From positions 1 to 48,411 of IMG/VR virus record IMGVR_UViG_3300009481_000019: 48,411 bases of DNA; one strand, given 5' to 3'. Under the pieces are notes generated by a model, which saw nothing but the letters and a program-made list of their open reading frames with translations, did not search any database and was not told the origin of the DNA. Positions 7,874 to 17,863 of the stretch are shown here, in pieces. Position 1 is the first letter of the stretch; each line of letters begins with the position of its first letter. The DNA comes from a virus. Lineage: Duplodnaviria; Caudoviricetes. The translations under genes and the position numbers were made by a program.

Positions 7874-8845
7874 ATGTTACCTAGTAATGAAGAGGCGGGA
7901 GCCACTGAAGACGTAGCAGCGGGAGCTGCTGAAGCACAAACAGACATTGATGCCCAAGTCAACGAAGACGGAAGCGTGAGCCTGATCTCTGCGGGAGCGG
8001 AGCAAGAGCCAGCCGAAAGTCCAACCGACCAGGGCGATGGGAATACACTCGATGCCAGAACCCAAGGCATTCTAGATAGTGGTAGAACCCGGATAAAAAA
8101 TCTCCCGGAGGCAGACCGCCTCGTAGTTGCTTATGCTTCGGCGCATAACATCCCCTTATCGCAAGCTCAGACCGAGCTGGGCGGAGGACAACAGCAAGCG
8201 GAACAGTTTCAGGGAGAAGACCCAGGCCAGCAATACGTCCCCGATCAGGCGTTAATCAAGGCCAATGAGGCCATCACTTCGCTCGACAAGGAGATTAGTG
8301 AGGCAAGGGCAGAAGGCGAGTTAGAAAGAGCCGACGAGCTGATGCAACAGCGATTCGACCTCCAGGAAGACAAGCTCAACGCCCAAATGGATATCCGGGA
8401 GGCAGATGCCTCTGCTTCGGCTCACGAACAGCAGCAGTTCTCCAGCGCCTGGGACAACGCAGCGGATCAGGCTGTCGATATGTATCCCCAATTAGAGAAC
8501 GAGGATTCGGATTTATTCAATGCGGTTCAGGAGCAGTATGAGCGCCTGGTCGCCACGGATGATCCTGCTCTCGGTAATCCCAACTGGCCTTACGAAGCTG
8601 CCGCCGTAGCAGCATCACAAATGGGCGTGTTATCCAAAGCGCAACAAGAAGCTGCTGCCCCAGGAACGCCCCAAAGCCCATACGGGAATCGCCGTCCAAC
8701 ATCCGCTACACCTAGCAGTGGATCCAGGGGAACCTCTGGAGCCAACCCGCTGGGAGTTCCGGGGACGGTTGATCTTTCCAATTTAACAGCAGACTCCGGT
8801 CAAGCTCTTCTTCGGAAGCTAGGCCGGGGCATTCACGATTCATAG
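7874..8845 (+). CDS. capsid scaffolding protein (putative)
   Basis: Acidic, coiled-coil 323-aa protein with a disordered C-terminus, directly upstream of the MCP. Confidence 0.7.
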   Translation: MLPSNEEAGATEDVAAGAAEAQTDIDAQVNEDGSVSLISAGAEQEPAESPTDQGDGNTLDARTQGILDSGRTRIKNLPEADRLVVAYASAHNIPLSQAQTELGGGQQQAEQFQGEDPGQQYVPDQALIKANEAITSLDKEISEARAEGELERADELMQQRFDLQEDKLNAQMDIREADASASAHEQQQFSSAWDNAADQAVDMYPQLENEDSDLFNAVQEQYERLVATDDPALGNPNWPYEAAAVAASQMGVLSKAQQEAAAPGTPQSPYGNRRPTSATPSSGSRGTSGANPLGVPGTVDLSNLTADSGQALLRKLGRGIHDS

Positions 8846-8908
8846 CCCCTCAGTCCATCTGGTCTGTTGGGTTACAACACAAACCCAACCTATAACAGAC
8901 CATAAAAG

Positions 8909-10390
8909 ATGGACATTAATACAACCCTAGCGAGCGAGGTATTCACCTCCGTAGCCACTGCTCGCGCCAAGATTTGGAAGGAAACTTTCAAACACTTCGG
9001 CAATACAACTGACGTTACCTCTGCCCTTGAAGGGCCAGAAGGTTCCGGCGCAGCCATTGCTACACGCCACGATTTGAAGGGCAAGCGAGGAGCTATTATT
9101 GAGTTCCTGGCTTCCTCTGATCTCGGTGCATTCGGAAAGCTCGGAGAGGAAGAACTCAAGGGCAATGAAGAGAAACTGAACTTCTCAGGAACGACAGTAA
9201 CTCTTGACTTCAAGCGCCATGCGACTGCTCTCACCCACTCACTTCGTAAGAAGATGGCTGGCGGACATACGCTCGAAAGCCTTTCCTCGGAAGTGCTTGG
9301 ACGACATTTCGGACAGTGGCGACAGCGCGATGCGTTTCGCAAGCTGATCGATAACACCGGAGGTGGTGGTCACGATGCTGCTCTTCCCGACAATATCCAG
9401 TTCGGTGGAACCGCTACCAGCATCAATACCCTGATTTCTGTTGATACTATCGATACAGATAGTGTGACTGACCTTGTCACCCAGGCTGCCTGGCTTGGCG
9501 TTGAGCCAGCCCGTATCTCAAAGGGCGGCAAGTCGTCAGCCGAAGATACTTATCATCACATCCTCCTCGCTGACAATCAGGAGTTGAGGCCTTTGTATAA
9601 GTCATCTTCTTACCAGACCAGGATGCAGAATGCTGACGTTCGCGGTGACAATAACGGAGTCTTCAACGGTGCTTTTAAGGACATCGATGGAACCAAGATC
9701 CTCAACTTCCGGGGTGTATACGGTGATCAGAATGGCGCTATCGGCTCTCCTCTGACCCCGGTCATGCGACTCGGAACAGCGATTGCTGATACTGGATCCG
9801 GCGCTTCAACTCTGACGGGGTCAGCAGCCACCGCAACTACGGATCCGAATTACTTTATCGACTTCCCTGGTTTTGATTACCAACATACTGAGGAACAGGT
9901 TGCTGCACCTGACAGCGATACTTATTATGCCTTGGCAGTGACCCCGGCTGGAGGATTTGCATTCTTTAAATATGCAGGAACTCTGAACCTCGGGTATAAG
10001 ATGATCATCCCGTCAGCTAACTGGGCAACCAACACACCATTGACCGGTTCAAGGGTTGACGGGAACGGAACAGGAACTTCTGCTGCCTTCAGTGGCAAGC
10101 TGGTGACTGCTCTTCCTGTTGGAACGCTGATCTTCCCGGCAAACATTGATGGTGTTCCTTACGCCTATTCTCTCCTCCTCGGCAGCGATGCCCTGGTAAG
10201 GGGTTACGGTGAGGACATGAAAATGACGGACGACATGGAAGATTACGGTTTCCGTAAGGGGATCGGATATCAGGCCATGTATGGTGATAATGTCTGGACT
10301 GACCGTAATGGCCGGGTTCGGAATTACATCCTCGGATGTCACGCCTACAACCCGATTGGCAAAAATTGCCCAAATGTTCCCGCTGCATAA
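8909..10390 (+). CDS. major capsid protein (N4-gp56/DUF4043-like)
   Basis: DLKGKRG..IEF...GEEELKGNEEKL.F....LD..RHA pattern and C-terminal EDYG...GI. Confidence 0.8.
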   Translation: MDINTTLASEVFTSVATARAKIWKETFKHFGNTTDVTSALEGPEGSGAAIATRHDLKGKRGAIIEFLASSDLGAFGKLGEEELKGNEEKLNFSGTTVTLDFKRHATALTHSLRKKMAGGHTLESLSSEVLGRHFGQWRQRDAFRKLIDNTGGGGHDAALPDNIQFGGTATSINTLISVDTIDTDSVTDLVTQAAWLGVEPARISKGGKSSAEDTYHHILLADNQELRPLYKSSSYQTRMQNADVRGDNNGVFNGAFKDIDGTKILNFRGVYGDQNGAIGSPLTPVMRLGTAIADTGSGASTLTGSAATATTDPNYFIDFPGFDYQHTEEQVAAPDSDTYYALAVTPAGGFAFFKYAGTLNLGYKMIIPSANWATNTPLTGSRVDGNGTGTSAAFSGKLVTALPVGTLIFPANIDGVPYAYSLLLGSDALVRGYGEDMKMTDDMEDYGFRKGIGYQAMYGDNVWTDRNGRVRNYILGCHAYNPIGKNCPNVPAA

Positions 10391-10423
10391 CGGGTAACAC
10401 GATTCACATCCCATGTGTGCTAA

Positions 10424-10464
10424 GGCTGTCTCAGGCTCCCTTCGGGGGGCCGGGGCAGCCGTTT
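10424..10464 (+). terminator. GC-rich hairpin after the MCP (terminator or mRNA stabiliser)
   Basis: GGCTGTCTC-A-GGCTCCC-TTCG-GGGGGCC-GGGGCAGCC with a UUCG loop; only a short U tail. Confidence 0.6.
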
Positions 10465-10501
10465 GCACACTTGGGGTTTATCATTTAGATTAAAAGCACA
10501 T

Positions 10502-11002
10502 ATGGCTAAGAAGACTGCTGCCAAAAAGGTAGCCAAAAAAAAGAACACACCGGATAACTCTGTCGCTGAGATATACGTTATGATTGGTGGTATGGGGCAT
10601 TCAATTCAAGCCTGGCGCTGGGCAGGACTGAAACATCAATATATATTTGCATGGGATGAGGTATTAAGGAGGCATATTATAAAGTTTGATAGCGTTGAGG
10701 CTTATGAGGCTGTCAGGGAGGATATCATTCATAACGCTGGCGGGATGATGCTAGGGACTCAAGGGTTCCAGGTGCTGATTGTCACCCCGGCAATGAAGGA
10801 GGATCTTGAGGAAAGGCGGGACAGCCGAAGGAGGGCGACCAACGCAGCCAGGTCTGCACAAATCCAAGCAGCAGCGGAGGCCACCAAAGCAATCAAGACG
10901 GCCAGCAATGCGCTGGATGATGTCCGCAAGAAGATCGGAGCAGCCCCCGACCAGGTTGCTCAAACCAACAAACTTAAACTCAAGGCAACGAGCCTAAAGT
11001 AA
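10502..11002 (+). CDS. hypothetical virion-module protein
   Basis: ORF starting MAKKTAAKK, between the MCP and the adaptor. Confidence 0.65.
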   Translation: MAKKTAAKKVAKKKNTPDNSVAEIYVMIGGMGHSIQAWRWAGLKHQYIFAWDEVLRRHIIKFDSVEAYEAVREDIIHNAGGMMLGTQGFQVLIVTPAMKEDLEERRDSRRRATNAARSAQIQAAAEATKAIKTASNALDDVRKKIGAAPDQVAQTNKLKLKATSLK

Positions 11003-11003
11003 G

Positions 11004-12029
11004 ATGACCAAGGGAGAAGTAGCTCATCGCTTGTTTGATCTGGTTTCCCAGGCAGACACCACTGCCCCCAATGCGCCGACCAAGCGTGGCGTTTTGGAAG
11101 TCTGTAATGCAGCGGTGCAGGAGATATCTCATTACGCCACTAGGGACTTTTGGCGAGATACTCGTTCAGCGATCCTGCATCCTCCCACCACTGTCACCCT
11201 TAACGTGACTGAGGACAGCAAAACGATTGCCAGCCTGTCTACTTGGGCTGCCTGGATGGAGGGATGCTCAATTGAAATAGCTGGGTCTGATCAGCTCCAT
11301 AGGCTGGACGGCCAGACCAGGCTTCAAGAGGAGTGGATTGGATCCACCGCTTCGGGAGTCACAGCCACCGTCTACGGTGATGCCGTAAAGCTCAACGGAA
11401 CAGTGCTGAAGGTGCTAGGCAGCATAGTCTTAGACGATGAGCGTGTGCTTACGCCTTTGGCAAATGAGGACAGAAACAACCGGCTGCATCACAACCGGAG
11501 CGCCTATTATCGTGGCAGATGGTGGGAGTATGGTGAATCCTCGCATTACCCTTCCAGCTTGAACGACAAGACCGGAACGCCAACACATTACTTTATCGAT
11601 TCTGAGTATGAGGCAAACACTAGTCCTTCTGCTGGAGGAAGCGCAGACGATCAAGTTCGCGCCCAGGAGAACTTCTTGAGAGTGCGACCCTTCCCGGAAG
11701 CTAAGTCCCGGATCCGCTTTTCGGCCTCGATCAAGCCCACCGCATGGACGCTTGCTGAGATTGAACTTTCTGGCGCTAACCCTTCGACTGCCGGTAATCA
11801 AAACACGGGCTGCCCTGGCGGGTTGGACGAAACAATCCTGCTTCCTTTTTGCTACCAAAATATGACGAAGATGCTGGCGTTTATGGTCGGCCCACTTCAG
11901 CATGACGAGTCAGCAGCCACTACCTCGATTCTCACCCAGATCTATCAGGACTACGAGGAAGCCATTCTCATTCTCCAGGATCTCGCCCCGCAATCAGAGC
12001 GAACTCCAGCCTATCAAGTGAGCTGGTAA
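11004..12029 (+). CDS. head-to-tail adaptor / tail tubular A-like protein
   Basis: N-terminal helices, GTPTHYF...LRVRPFP motif, position after the MCP. Confidence 0.6.
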   Translation: MTKGEVAHRLFDLVSQADTTAPNAPTKRGVLEVCNAAVQEISHYATRDFWRDTRSAILHPPTTVTLNVTEDSKTIASLSTWAAWMEGCSIEIAGSDQLHRLDGQTRLQEEWIGSTASGVTATVYGDAVKLNGTVLKVLGSIVLDDERVLTPLANEDRNNRLHHNRSAYYRGRWWEYGESSHYPSSLNDKTGTPTHYFIDSEYEANTSPSAGGSADDQVRAQENFLRVRPFPEAKSRIRFSASIKPTAWTLAEIELSGANPSTAGNQNTGCPGGLDETILLPFCYQNMTKMLAFMVGPLQHDESAATTSILTQIYQDYEEAILILQDLAPQSERTPAYQVSW

Positions 12030-12033
12030 TATC

Positions 12034-12936
12034 ATGGCAAGGACAGCAGCAGATTGGACTGTCTATCGCGTCTTTTTTAAAGGCAGTCCTACGCCTATGG
12101 ATGTGGAAACGCGATCCTCCTGGGCTGTCGCCAAGCACCGGGGGATGAGAATGGGCAGTTCTTTTTCGGACGACTTTGATAACATCGGAAAATTTCAAAA
12201 CACGATGCACCTAGCTGGGCCGAAGCGCCTCTGGCCTACCGGATGGCGACCTGAGAATAAAGAGTTTTCAGGAACGCTCGCTGATATAACTAATTCGGAA
12301 TCTGAGATGGAGGCAAACTATTGGCCGACAGAATCCATTGCCGGAATATTTCATCGCAATATTTATAGCGGGACTAATGTCCCGGCAGCAGGAGCAAAGC
12401 CGATAACTATAGATGGAAATGCGTATCGCATCTACTTCAAAAACTGCCCAGCCACAATGGATGTTTTAGCCGGGGGGTTTGTTATTACCCAGCAAGAGAG
12501 CTTTAGAATGGTAGCTCCTGGAGCGGAAACAGTTGTCCATCGAATTGAACGGGGCGGAGGGAACATGATTTACTTTTATGGATATGGGGGGCAATTTTAT
12601 CCAGATGAATACTCCTGGGGGGTCGGATCAACGCGAAAGTTTTTTGATTACGAATTGCGATATGGCCTAGCGGGATTAATGGGATCCGGTGGGGGTTACC
12701 CGGCATTGCATCCTAATGATGACAACCTGGGAACAACGGCTTCCCTTGACTCGGCAGCCACATATCTTCCATTGAACAATGTCCGGGCAATCGTTAGACT
12801 CAATGCTTCAGATACAAATGTGGGATCGACAAATCCGAATGAGGTTCGGATTGTGCAGCCCACCAGGACATCCGCCGGATTGTGGACAATCTTCCAGCCC
12901 TCTGCTGTTGGTGCGTCCCTTGAACTAACTCCTTAA
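12034..12936 (+). CDS. putative virion structural protein
   Basis: 300-aa G/T/aromatic-rich ORF in the structural operon. Confidence 0.55.
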   Translation: MARTAADWTVYRVFFKGSPTPMDVETRSSWAVAKHRGMRMGSSFSDDFDNIGKFQNTMHLAGPKRLWPTGWRPENKEFSGTLADITNSESEMEANYWPTESIAGIFHRNIYSGTNVPAAGAKPITIDGNAYRIYFKNCPATMDVLAGGFVITQQESFRMVAPGAETVVHRIERGGGNMIYFYGYGGQFYPDEYSWGVGSTRKFFDYELRYGLAGLMGSGGGYPALHPNDDNLGTTASLDSAATYLPLNNVRAIVRLNASDTNVGSTNPNEVRIVQPTRTSAGLWTIFQPSAVGASLELTP

Positions 12937-12940
12937 TGAT

Positions 12941-13306
12941 ATGGCTCAGATGAATTATCAGTTCAATGACTGCGAGGAAGGGGTTTTATATAGAGCTTTG
13001 TTTTCCATTTCAAAAGCCGGAGCAAATACCCTTGCTCTCAACACTGATTGGACTCCTTCCGCTGGCGATACCAAGGTTTACAAGGGCAGTGGATCCCCAG
13101 CAAATACGACTAACAACCCAGGGCTTGGCAGCAATGGCATATGGGCTTTAACCCTAACGGCTGATGAGATGACTCCTTCCAACGCGAACGGAAATATAAT
13201 CATTGTGACTATCGCTGACTCTAGCGACATCGACAGCGTTTGCCTTATCTTTAATATCAGTCAACGCAAGTGGGCGCTGGAAAGATCCTGCGTATACAAC
13301 AGCTAG
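12941..13306 (+). CDS. putative virion protein (beta-sandwich-like)
   Basis: 121 aa; GDTKVYK...GIWALTLTADEM beta-strand pattern. Confidence 0.5.
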   Translation: MAQMNYQFNDCEEGVLYRALFSISKAGANTLALNTDWTPSAGDTKVYKGSGSPANTTNNPGLGSNGIWALTLTADEMTPSNANGNIIIVTIADSSDIDSVCLIFNISQRKWALERSCVYNS

Positions 13307-13569
13307 TCTTCCGGCGTGTCGATCCAGAGCGGGTAGTCTTCGCCTTGCCGGGCTGGCAGCACATTGAAGTTAAAATGCTCAACAGCCTGATCCCTGGTCA
13401 TGCCCCTAGCCTTGAGTGCATCAATGCTCTTTTGGATTGAGTAAACAGCCACCGGGGGATCCTCATCGGAGGCCACCCCCAGGAACGCCTCGTCCAGCCC
13501 GTCTGCCAGGACAACATCCTGGCCGGGCAATTCGCCTTCTATAAAATCCTCGATGTCATCACGGGTCAT
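13303..13569 (-). CDS. conserved phage hypothetical protein
   Basis: ADGLDEAFLG...AVYS...AVEHFNFNV motif of a widespread phage family. Confidence 0.75.
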   Translation of the reverse strand: MTRDDIEDFIEGELPGQDVVLADGLDEAFLGVASDEDPPVAVYSIQKSIDALKARGMTRDQAVEHFNFNVLPARQGEDYPLWIDTPED

Positions 13570-13592
13570 GGCTGATAATCAACCATTCCAGG

Positions 13593-13934
13593 CTAATTCG
13601 CAACCTGGTATATAGGATTACGCTCCAGCCAGTCAATGGGAGTTGATTCCCGCCCGGTAAATACCAGCAGGTTTGCCATTTCGGCTTCAGCGATAGGCTG
13701 TCCCCAAACGGCAGTAGGTGGAGGGCAGCCAACGATGGGTTCACATCGGTCTATAATGCCCCCGGCGCTGATCTGAGTGCCTCCTGGGATCTCCGCGATT
13801 GACGCATAGGCCTTGGATATCCATTGACCCGAGGAGGGACTGTCCGGGTGCTTCGGCAGCTCTTCGCAGGGATTGGCGTTACAGCAGTGGCAGAATCCTT
13901 TAGGGGAATGGGTGTCTAGCATTTCATCACACAT
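13593..13934 (-). CDS. hypothetical protein (Cys-rich N-terminus)
   Basis: 113-aa ORF with CHCC..NPC. Confidence 0.55.
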   Translation of the reverse strand: MCDEMLDTHSPKGFCHCCNANPCEELPKHPDSPSSGQWISKAYASIAEIPGGTQISAGGIIDRCEPIVGCPPPTAVWGQPIAEAEMANLLVFTGRESTPIDWLERNPIYQVAN

Positions 13935-13946
13935 GGTTCAAAATGG

Positions 13947-14000
13947 TTAACTATAGTTAATGTTGACACAACATGATACACCATGTTAAGGGTGTCAACT
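13947..14000. promoter_or_regulatory. divergent control region with nested palindromes
   Basis: TTAACTATAGTTAA palindrome; GTTGACAC-AACATG-N6-CATGTT-N4-GTGTCAAC puts TTGACA on both strands. Confidence 0.6.
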
Positions 14001-14228
14001 ATGCAAAGTATGCACACTCAGATGGGGCCAAACGAGGCAGTGTCCTGGCTACAAGCCAATACGGACGCTAACTGGTCGAGGTCAAAGTTCTACCGGCTCC
14101 GCAAGGCAGGTTGGTTTGATGGAGAAATCCGTAACGATAAAGGGTGGGATATGTTCACCCCCCAGGCGCTGGCCGATGGGTGTGAGAGGCTCAATATCCG
14201 GGTGAAGGAGGTAAGCAATGTGTCCTGA
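14001..14228 (+). CDS. small HTH DNA-binding protein (excisionase/MerR-like), putative regulator
   Basis: EAVSWL...WSRSKFYRLRKAGWF...NDKGWDMF pattern; first gene of the replication operon. Confidence 0.55.
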   Translation: MQSMHTQMGPNEAVSWLQANTDANWSRSKFYRLRKAGWFDGEIRNDKGWDMFTPQALADGCERLNIRVKEVSNVS

Positions 14229-14532
14229 CGATCATGTTTCCAACGAGGACTATCAGGCATGGCTACAGGCTTATAACGCCCGGATGAGAGCCTGGAGGAA
14301 GGAGTCATATGCTCTACAGGATCAAGCACAAAGGGTGTCTTGGCTGACCGCCGTCTGCATTTGTGTATTTTTTGTGAGCCTAATTGTTCTGAACTGTTAC
14401 CTAATGTCCGTATCCATCTTGTTTACTGTCTTGACGGCGCTCTATCGCCATGCACTTATCAAGAAAAGCATGAGGATTGATGACATGAGGAGCCAGGCAT
14501 CAGCAAACAGGAGGTATTACGATTATGGATAA
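14218..14532 (+). CDS. membrane protein
   Basis: Long hydrophobic stretch (1-2 TM) in a 104-aa ORF. Confidence 0.55.
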   Translation: MCPDDHVSNEDYQAWLQAYNARMRAWRKESYALQDQAQRVSWLTAVCICVFFVSLIVLNCYLMSVSILFTVLTALYRHALIKKSMRIDDMRSQASANRRYYDYG

Positions 14533-14959
14533 AAATCTGAAGAAGGCATTGCGGAAGGTTCCTATGGCTAACAAATACCGGGCAAAGCGTTCCGGGAGCG
14601 CCCTCTTCGGAGGCAGGATGTTCGACTCCAAGGCAGAGCGGGATCGAGCGGAGAGCCTCAAGGCGATGGAGCAGGATGGCAGCATTACCGATTTGGAACT
14701 CCAACCCCAAGTTGTCTTGACCCGAGCTGGAATTAACTACAAGCCAGACTTCGCCTACACCGAGGGCAACGGGGTCAGGTATTATGAGGACGTAAAAGGC
14801 GTTGAGACAGAGGGCTTTAGGATCAAGGCAAAGCTCTGGTCAGTCTACGGCCCTGCTCCGCTAAGAATAACCAAGAGGAAGAGCGTCAAGGCCGGGTTCC
14901 AAGTGACAAAAACTATATATATTAAAAACAATGAGCAACTGGATCAAGGTAAGAAGTAA
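14525..14959 (+). CDS. DUF1064-family PD-(D/E)XK endonuclease
   Basis: NKYRAK, FDSKAE, LELQP, YKPDF and EDVKG motifs. Confidence 0.85.
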   Translation: MDKNLKKALRKVPMANKYRAKRSGSALFGGRMFDSKAERDRAESLKAMEQDGSITDLELQPQVVLTRAGINYKPDFAYTEGNGVRYYEDVKGVETEGFRIKAKLWSVYGPAPLRITKRKSVKAGFQVTKTIYIKNNEQLDQGKK

Positions 14960-15650
14960 CCTACGCACTTCCCCCAAGGTGGTCATAGTGGCCTCACGCT
15001 TGAGCGTAACGCCCATCACGGCGCTAGGGGCGATATGCACTGCCTGGATGCTGGCAGACGAACACGCTGACGAGCATGGTTTGCTGAAAGGCATTGATAT
15101 CAATGTGCTGGACGGCATGATTGGCATTGAGGGTCTAGGTGAGGCAATGGCAAAGGTCGGCTGGATTGAGGCTGCCGAGGATGGGGTGCAGTTCATCGAC
15201 TATGAAAAACACAACGGATCTACGGCTAAATCCAGAGCCAGAGATCAGCAAAGAAAGCAGTCTGCAAGAGCCTGTCCGAAAAAACCCGGACAGAAAAAGG
15301 ACAAGGCGGGGACTAGAGGAGAAAAGAATAAAGAAGAAGAGAATATAAAGACTAATGTTCAGAGCAAGGATTGCTCAGAACCTACTTGGTCAGCAGAAGA
15401 TGGGTTTGAAAAAATTACTGAAGGTCATTATGAGGAATGGAGTGAGGCTTACCCGGCGGTAGCCATCACTGAGGAGCTGGCGAAGGCGAACCAATGGTTG
15501 CTATCCAATCCCAGGAAGGCGAGGAAGACCTTGTGGAGGAAATTCATTACCAACTGGCTGAACAATGTCCAACAGCGTGGCGGCACTAGGGGCTATGTGG
15601 AAAGCATAAGGCCGGGAGAGAAAAAAGTAGAACACAAAGCACTAAACTAA
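14931..15650 (+). CDS. phage replication initiator protein
   Basis: WIKV..NL..SPKV N-terminus, basic linker, C-terminal WRKFITNWL; directly upstream of DnaB. Confidence 0.7.
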   Translation: MSNWIKVRSNLRTSPKVVIVASRLSVTPITALGAICTAWMLADEHADEHGLLKGIDINVLDGMIGIEGLGEAMAKVGWIEAAEDGVQFIDYEKHNGSTAKSRARDQQRKQSARACPKKPGQKKDKAGTRGEKNKEEENIKTNVQSKDCSEPTWSAEDGFEKITEGHYEEWSEAYPAVAITEELAKANQWLLSNPRKARKTLWRKFITNWLNNVQQRGGTRGYVESIRPGEKKVEHKALN

Positions 15651-15651
15651 A

Positions 15652-17019
15652 ATGGGAAAACAACAGACAGAACAACTCCTCATCCAGGATGAGGCCTTAA
15701 AGAAAGCATCGCTCATGGTCTTGGGATCATTCGTTAGCGATGGTCAGCCCCTCTCTGAACGAACGGGAGAGGAGGCGGTAACAATAGCCAGAAGCATTGT
15801 CCCTTCCGGGGAATACTTTCTAAATCCGTTTCATGGCAAGCTCTGGGATTGGATACTTGAGCTTCATGCAACCAACAGGCCGTTGAGCTTGGTATCCCTG
15901 GCATCACATATGGCAGACGTTGGTGAGCTGGGTGATACATTCCCTTCCGCTGCCTGGGTGGAGATGATGGACGCTGTCGATAACGCTGAACACGCAGCCG
16001 ATTCCATTGAGTTCTATTGTCAAGAGGTTGCTCGGGCATTCATGGCGAGGACAACTCATGCCAAGTTGACCGAGATGACTGACGGGGTGGCAAAGGGGAA
16101 CCTGGATCTTGATCAGGTAGAGGCCAGTATCCATTCTCTCAAGGAGCTGAAAACTCATGCCGATGATTTTGAACCAATGAAGATGGGTGGGGTCTTGGGT
16201 GAGGTTCTGGAGGAGCAAGAGCGGAATCATTCAAATCCCGGAATCAAGGGAGCCATCACAGGATTTGATGTAGTAGATAAGCATCTAGGTGGGTTGCAGT
16301 CGAAGCAGTTCATCATCATTGCTGCCCGTCCCTCCCAGGGGAAGACGGCTCTTGCCTGTAACATGATCGCTGGATTGTGTAAGGCTTCCCATAGGAGCTT
16401 GTTCATTAGTTTGGAGATGACCCGGGTTCAATTGGGCAATCGATTAGTTGCCGGTGAGGCCAACACATCCTACGCGAAAGCCTCATTTGAGGAGCGCCCC
16501 ACAACCGGTGAGCATCACAGGATAACAAACGCGATGCGAGATATGAATGGCTGGCAGATGGACATTTATGATCCACCAACCGAAACCATTGCCGGGGCTT
16601 GTGCCAAGATCCGCGAGGCAGGAAGGAAGGGATACGATACCGTGTTCATTGATTACATCGGACTACTTAGGCCTGACACCAAGGAGCAGAAGGAGTCGAG
16701 GTTCATGCTCATCACAGAGGCATCGACTCAGCTCAAGGCAGCGGCCAGGTCTTCCGGCGTATGTGTTGTTAGCTTGGCTCAACTGCGAAGAGAAAGCGAG
16801 AAATCAGACAAACCAAAACTCTCAGATCTTCGGGAAAGTGGACAGCTAGAGCAAGATGCCGATGCCGTTATTCTGGTCAACCGCCCGGACGGCGGGACAC
16901 TCGATCTGAATAACGAGCAAGCTGAACTGATCATCGCCAAGAACAGGAATGGGCCAACTGGCTTTGTCCACATTATATTCAACCGCGAATCGATGATGTT
17001 TAGCGAAGGCAAGATATGA
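15652..17019 (+). CDS. dnaB: replicative DNA helicase
   Basis: AARPSQGKT Walker A, SLEM, IDYIGL, LAQL, SDLRESGQLEQDAD, IAKNRNGPTG. Confidence 0.95.
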   Translation: MGKQQTEQLLIQDEALKKASLMVLGSFVSDGQPLSERTGEEAVTIARSIVPSGEYFLNPFHGKLWDWILELHATNRPLSLVSLASHMADVGELGDTFPSAAWVEMMDAVDNAEHAADSIEFYCQEVARAFMARTTHAKLTEMTDGVAKGNLDLDQVEASIHSLKELKTHADDFEPMKMGGVLGEVLEEQERNHSNPGIKGAITGFDVVDKHLGGLQSKQFIIIAARPSQGKTALACNMIAGLCKASHRSLFISLEMTRVQLGNRLVAGEANTSYAKASFEERPTTGEHHRITNAMRDMNGWQMDIYDPPTETIAGACAKIREAGRKGYDTVFIDYIGLLRPDTKEQKESRFMLITEASTQLKAAARSSGVCVVSLAQLRRESEKSDKPKLSDLRESGQLEQDADAVILVNRPDGGTLDLNNEQAELIIAKNRNGPTGFVHIIFNRESMMFSEGKI

Positions 17020-17048
17020 TTGTCGCCTGGGGAGATAGGGGTTATTTT
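17020..17048 (+). promoter_or_regulatory. putative leaderless promoter
   Basis: TTGTCG-N17-TATTTT-N5-ATG(17054). Confidence 0.45.
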
Positions 17049-17053
17049 CCTCT

Positions 17054-17392
17054 ATGCCAGGACGTAGACGATCATCCCCTCCACCAGCTCCCATGCCAAA
17101 GGTCAGGGGGGCATCCCCTCCACCAGTTCCCCTGCTTCAAGCAAAGGAGAAGTTTGGCAAGACAATAACTATTCACAAGCGCAAGCCAGCGCCCGGCTAC
17201 CGGATCAAGTCCGGTGACACGCTTTATTCTTTGGCAAGGAAGTGGGCGACCAGCGTCAAGGACATTGCCCGGCTGAACAAAATCAAGGATCCCAACAAGA
17301 TCAAGGCCGGGGATAGATTGCGGAAGCCAGCCATGACCAGGATGCCTCCGGTGGTAGTGAATCCCAGGACAGGCAAACCCAAGGAGTTTTAA
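17054..17392 (+). CDS. LysM-domain protein
   Basis: YRIKSGDTLYSLARKWATSVKDIARLNKIKDPNKIKAGDRL matches the LysM consensus; Pro/Arg-rich flanks. Confidence 0.9.
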   Translation: MPGRRRSSPPPAPMPKVRGASPPPVPLLQAKEKFGKTITIHKRKPAPGYRIKSGDTLYSLARKWATSVKDIARLNKIKDPNKIKAGDRLRKPAMTRMPPVVVNPRTGKPKEF

Positions 17393-17439
17393 GGAATCCT
17401 GGAACATTATATGCAAACCAAGGGATGTAATTCTAGGGT

Positions 17440-17468
17440 TTGACGATTTAGTTAAGATAGGTGAAATT
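17440..17468 (+). promoter_or_regulatory. putative leaderless promoter
   Basis: TTGACG-N17-GAAATT-N5-ATG(17474). Confidence 0.5.
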
Positions 17469-17473
17469 TATCC

Positions 17474-17863
17474 ATGCCCTATTCATTTTATTCCTCTGAG
17501 AAAAAGCGGGAGTCAAGCAAGGCCATGCCGTTTCTCGTTCCAAATAATGCGGGGTCATCGCCAATGCCATACTCAGGCATGAATGATGGAGGAGGCATGG
17601 TGGGGTCGGTTCCGGTCACATCGATCAAGACGAGAATATCTACTGGCGGCGGAGGTCAACCTGGGAACCCCCTACCCAACCCCGGCAAGCTCAGACCAGG
17701 CGGCAGGAAGGATGTGAAGAACCTTAATCCTTTTGAGCGCTGGCCTCGCAAGGACTCTCAAGCCAGGGGGATCAAGGACTCTTGGCATCGGCGCTTTCGG
17801 CGCAAGCCGGGAAGACGGGGCAGCTACGCTATTGCCGGTAAGAAACTTTATGCGCTCCGCTAG
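17474..17863 (+). CDS. basic, low-complexity hypothetical protein
   Basis: 129 aa, G/P/R/K-rich. Confidence 0.6.
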   Translation: MPYSFYSSEKKRESSKAMPFLVPNNAGSSPMPYSGMNDGGGMVGSVPVTSIKTRISTGGGGQPGNPLPNPGKLRPGGRKDVKNLNPFERWPRKDSQARGIKDSWHRRFRRKPGRRGSYAIAGKKLYALR

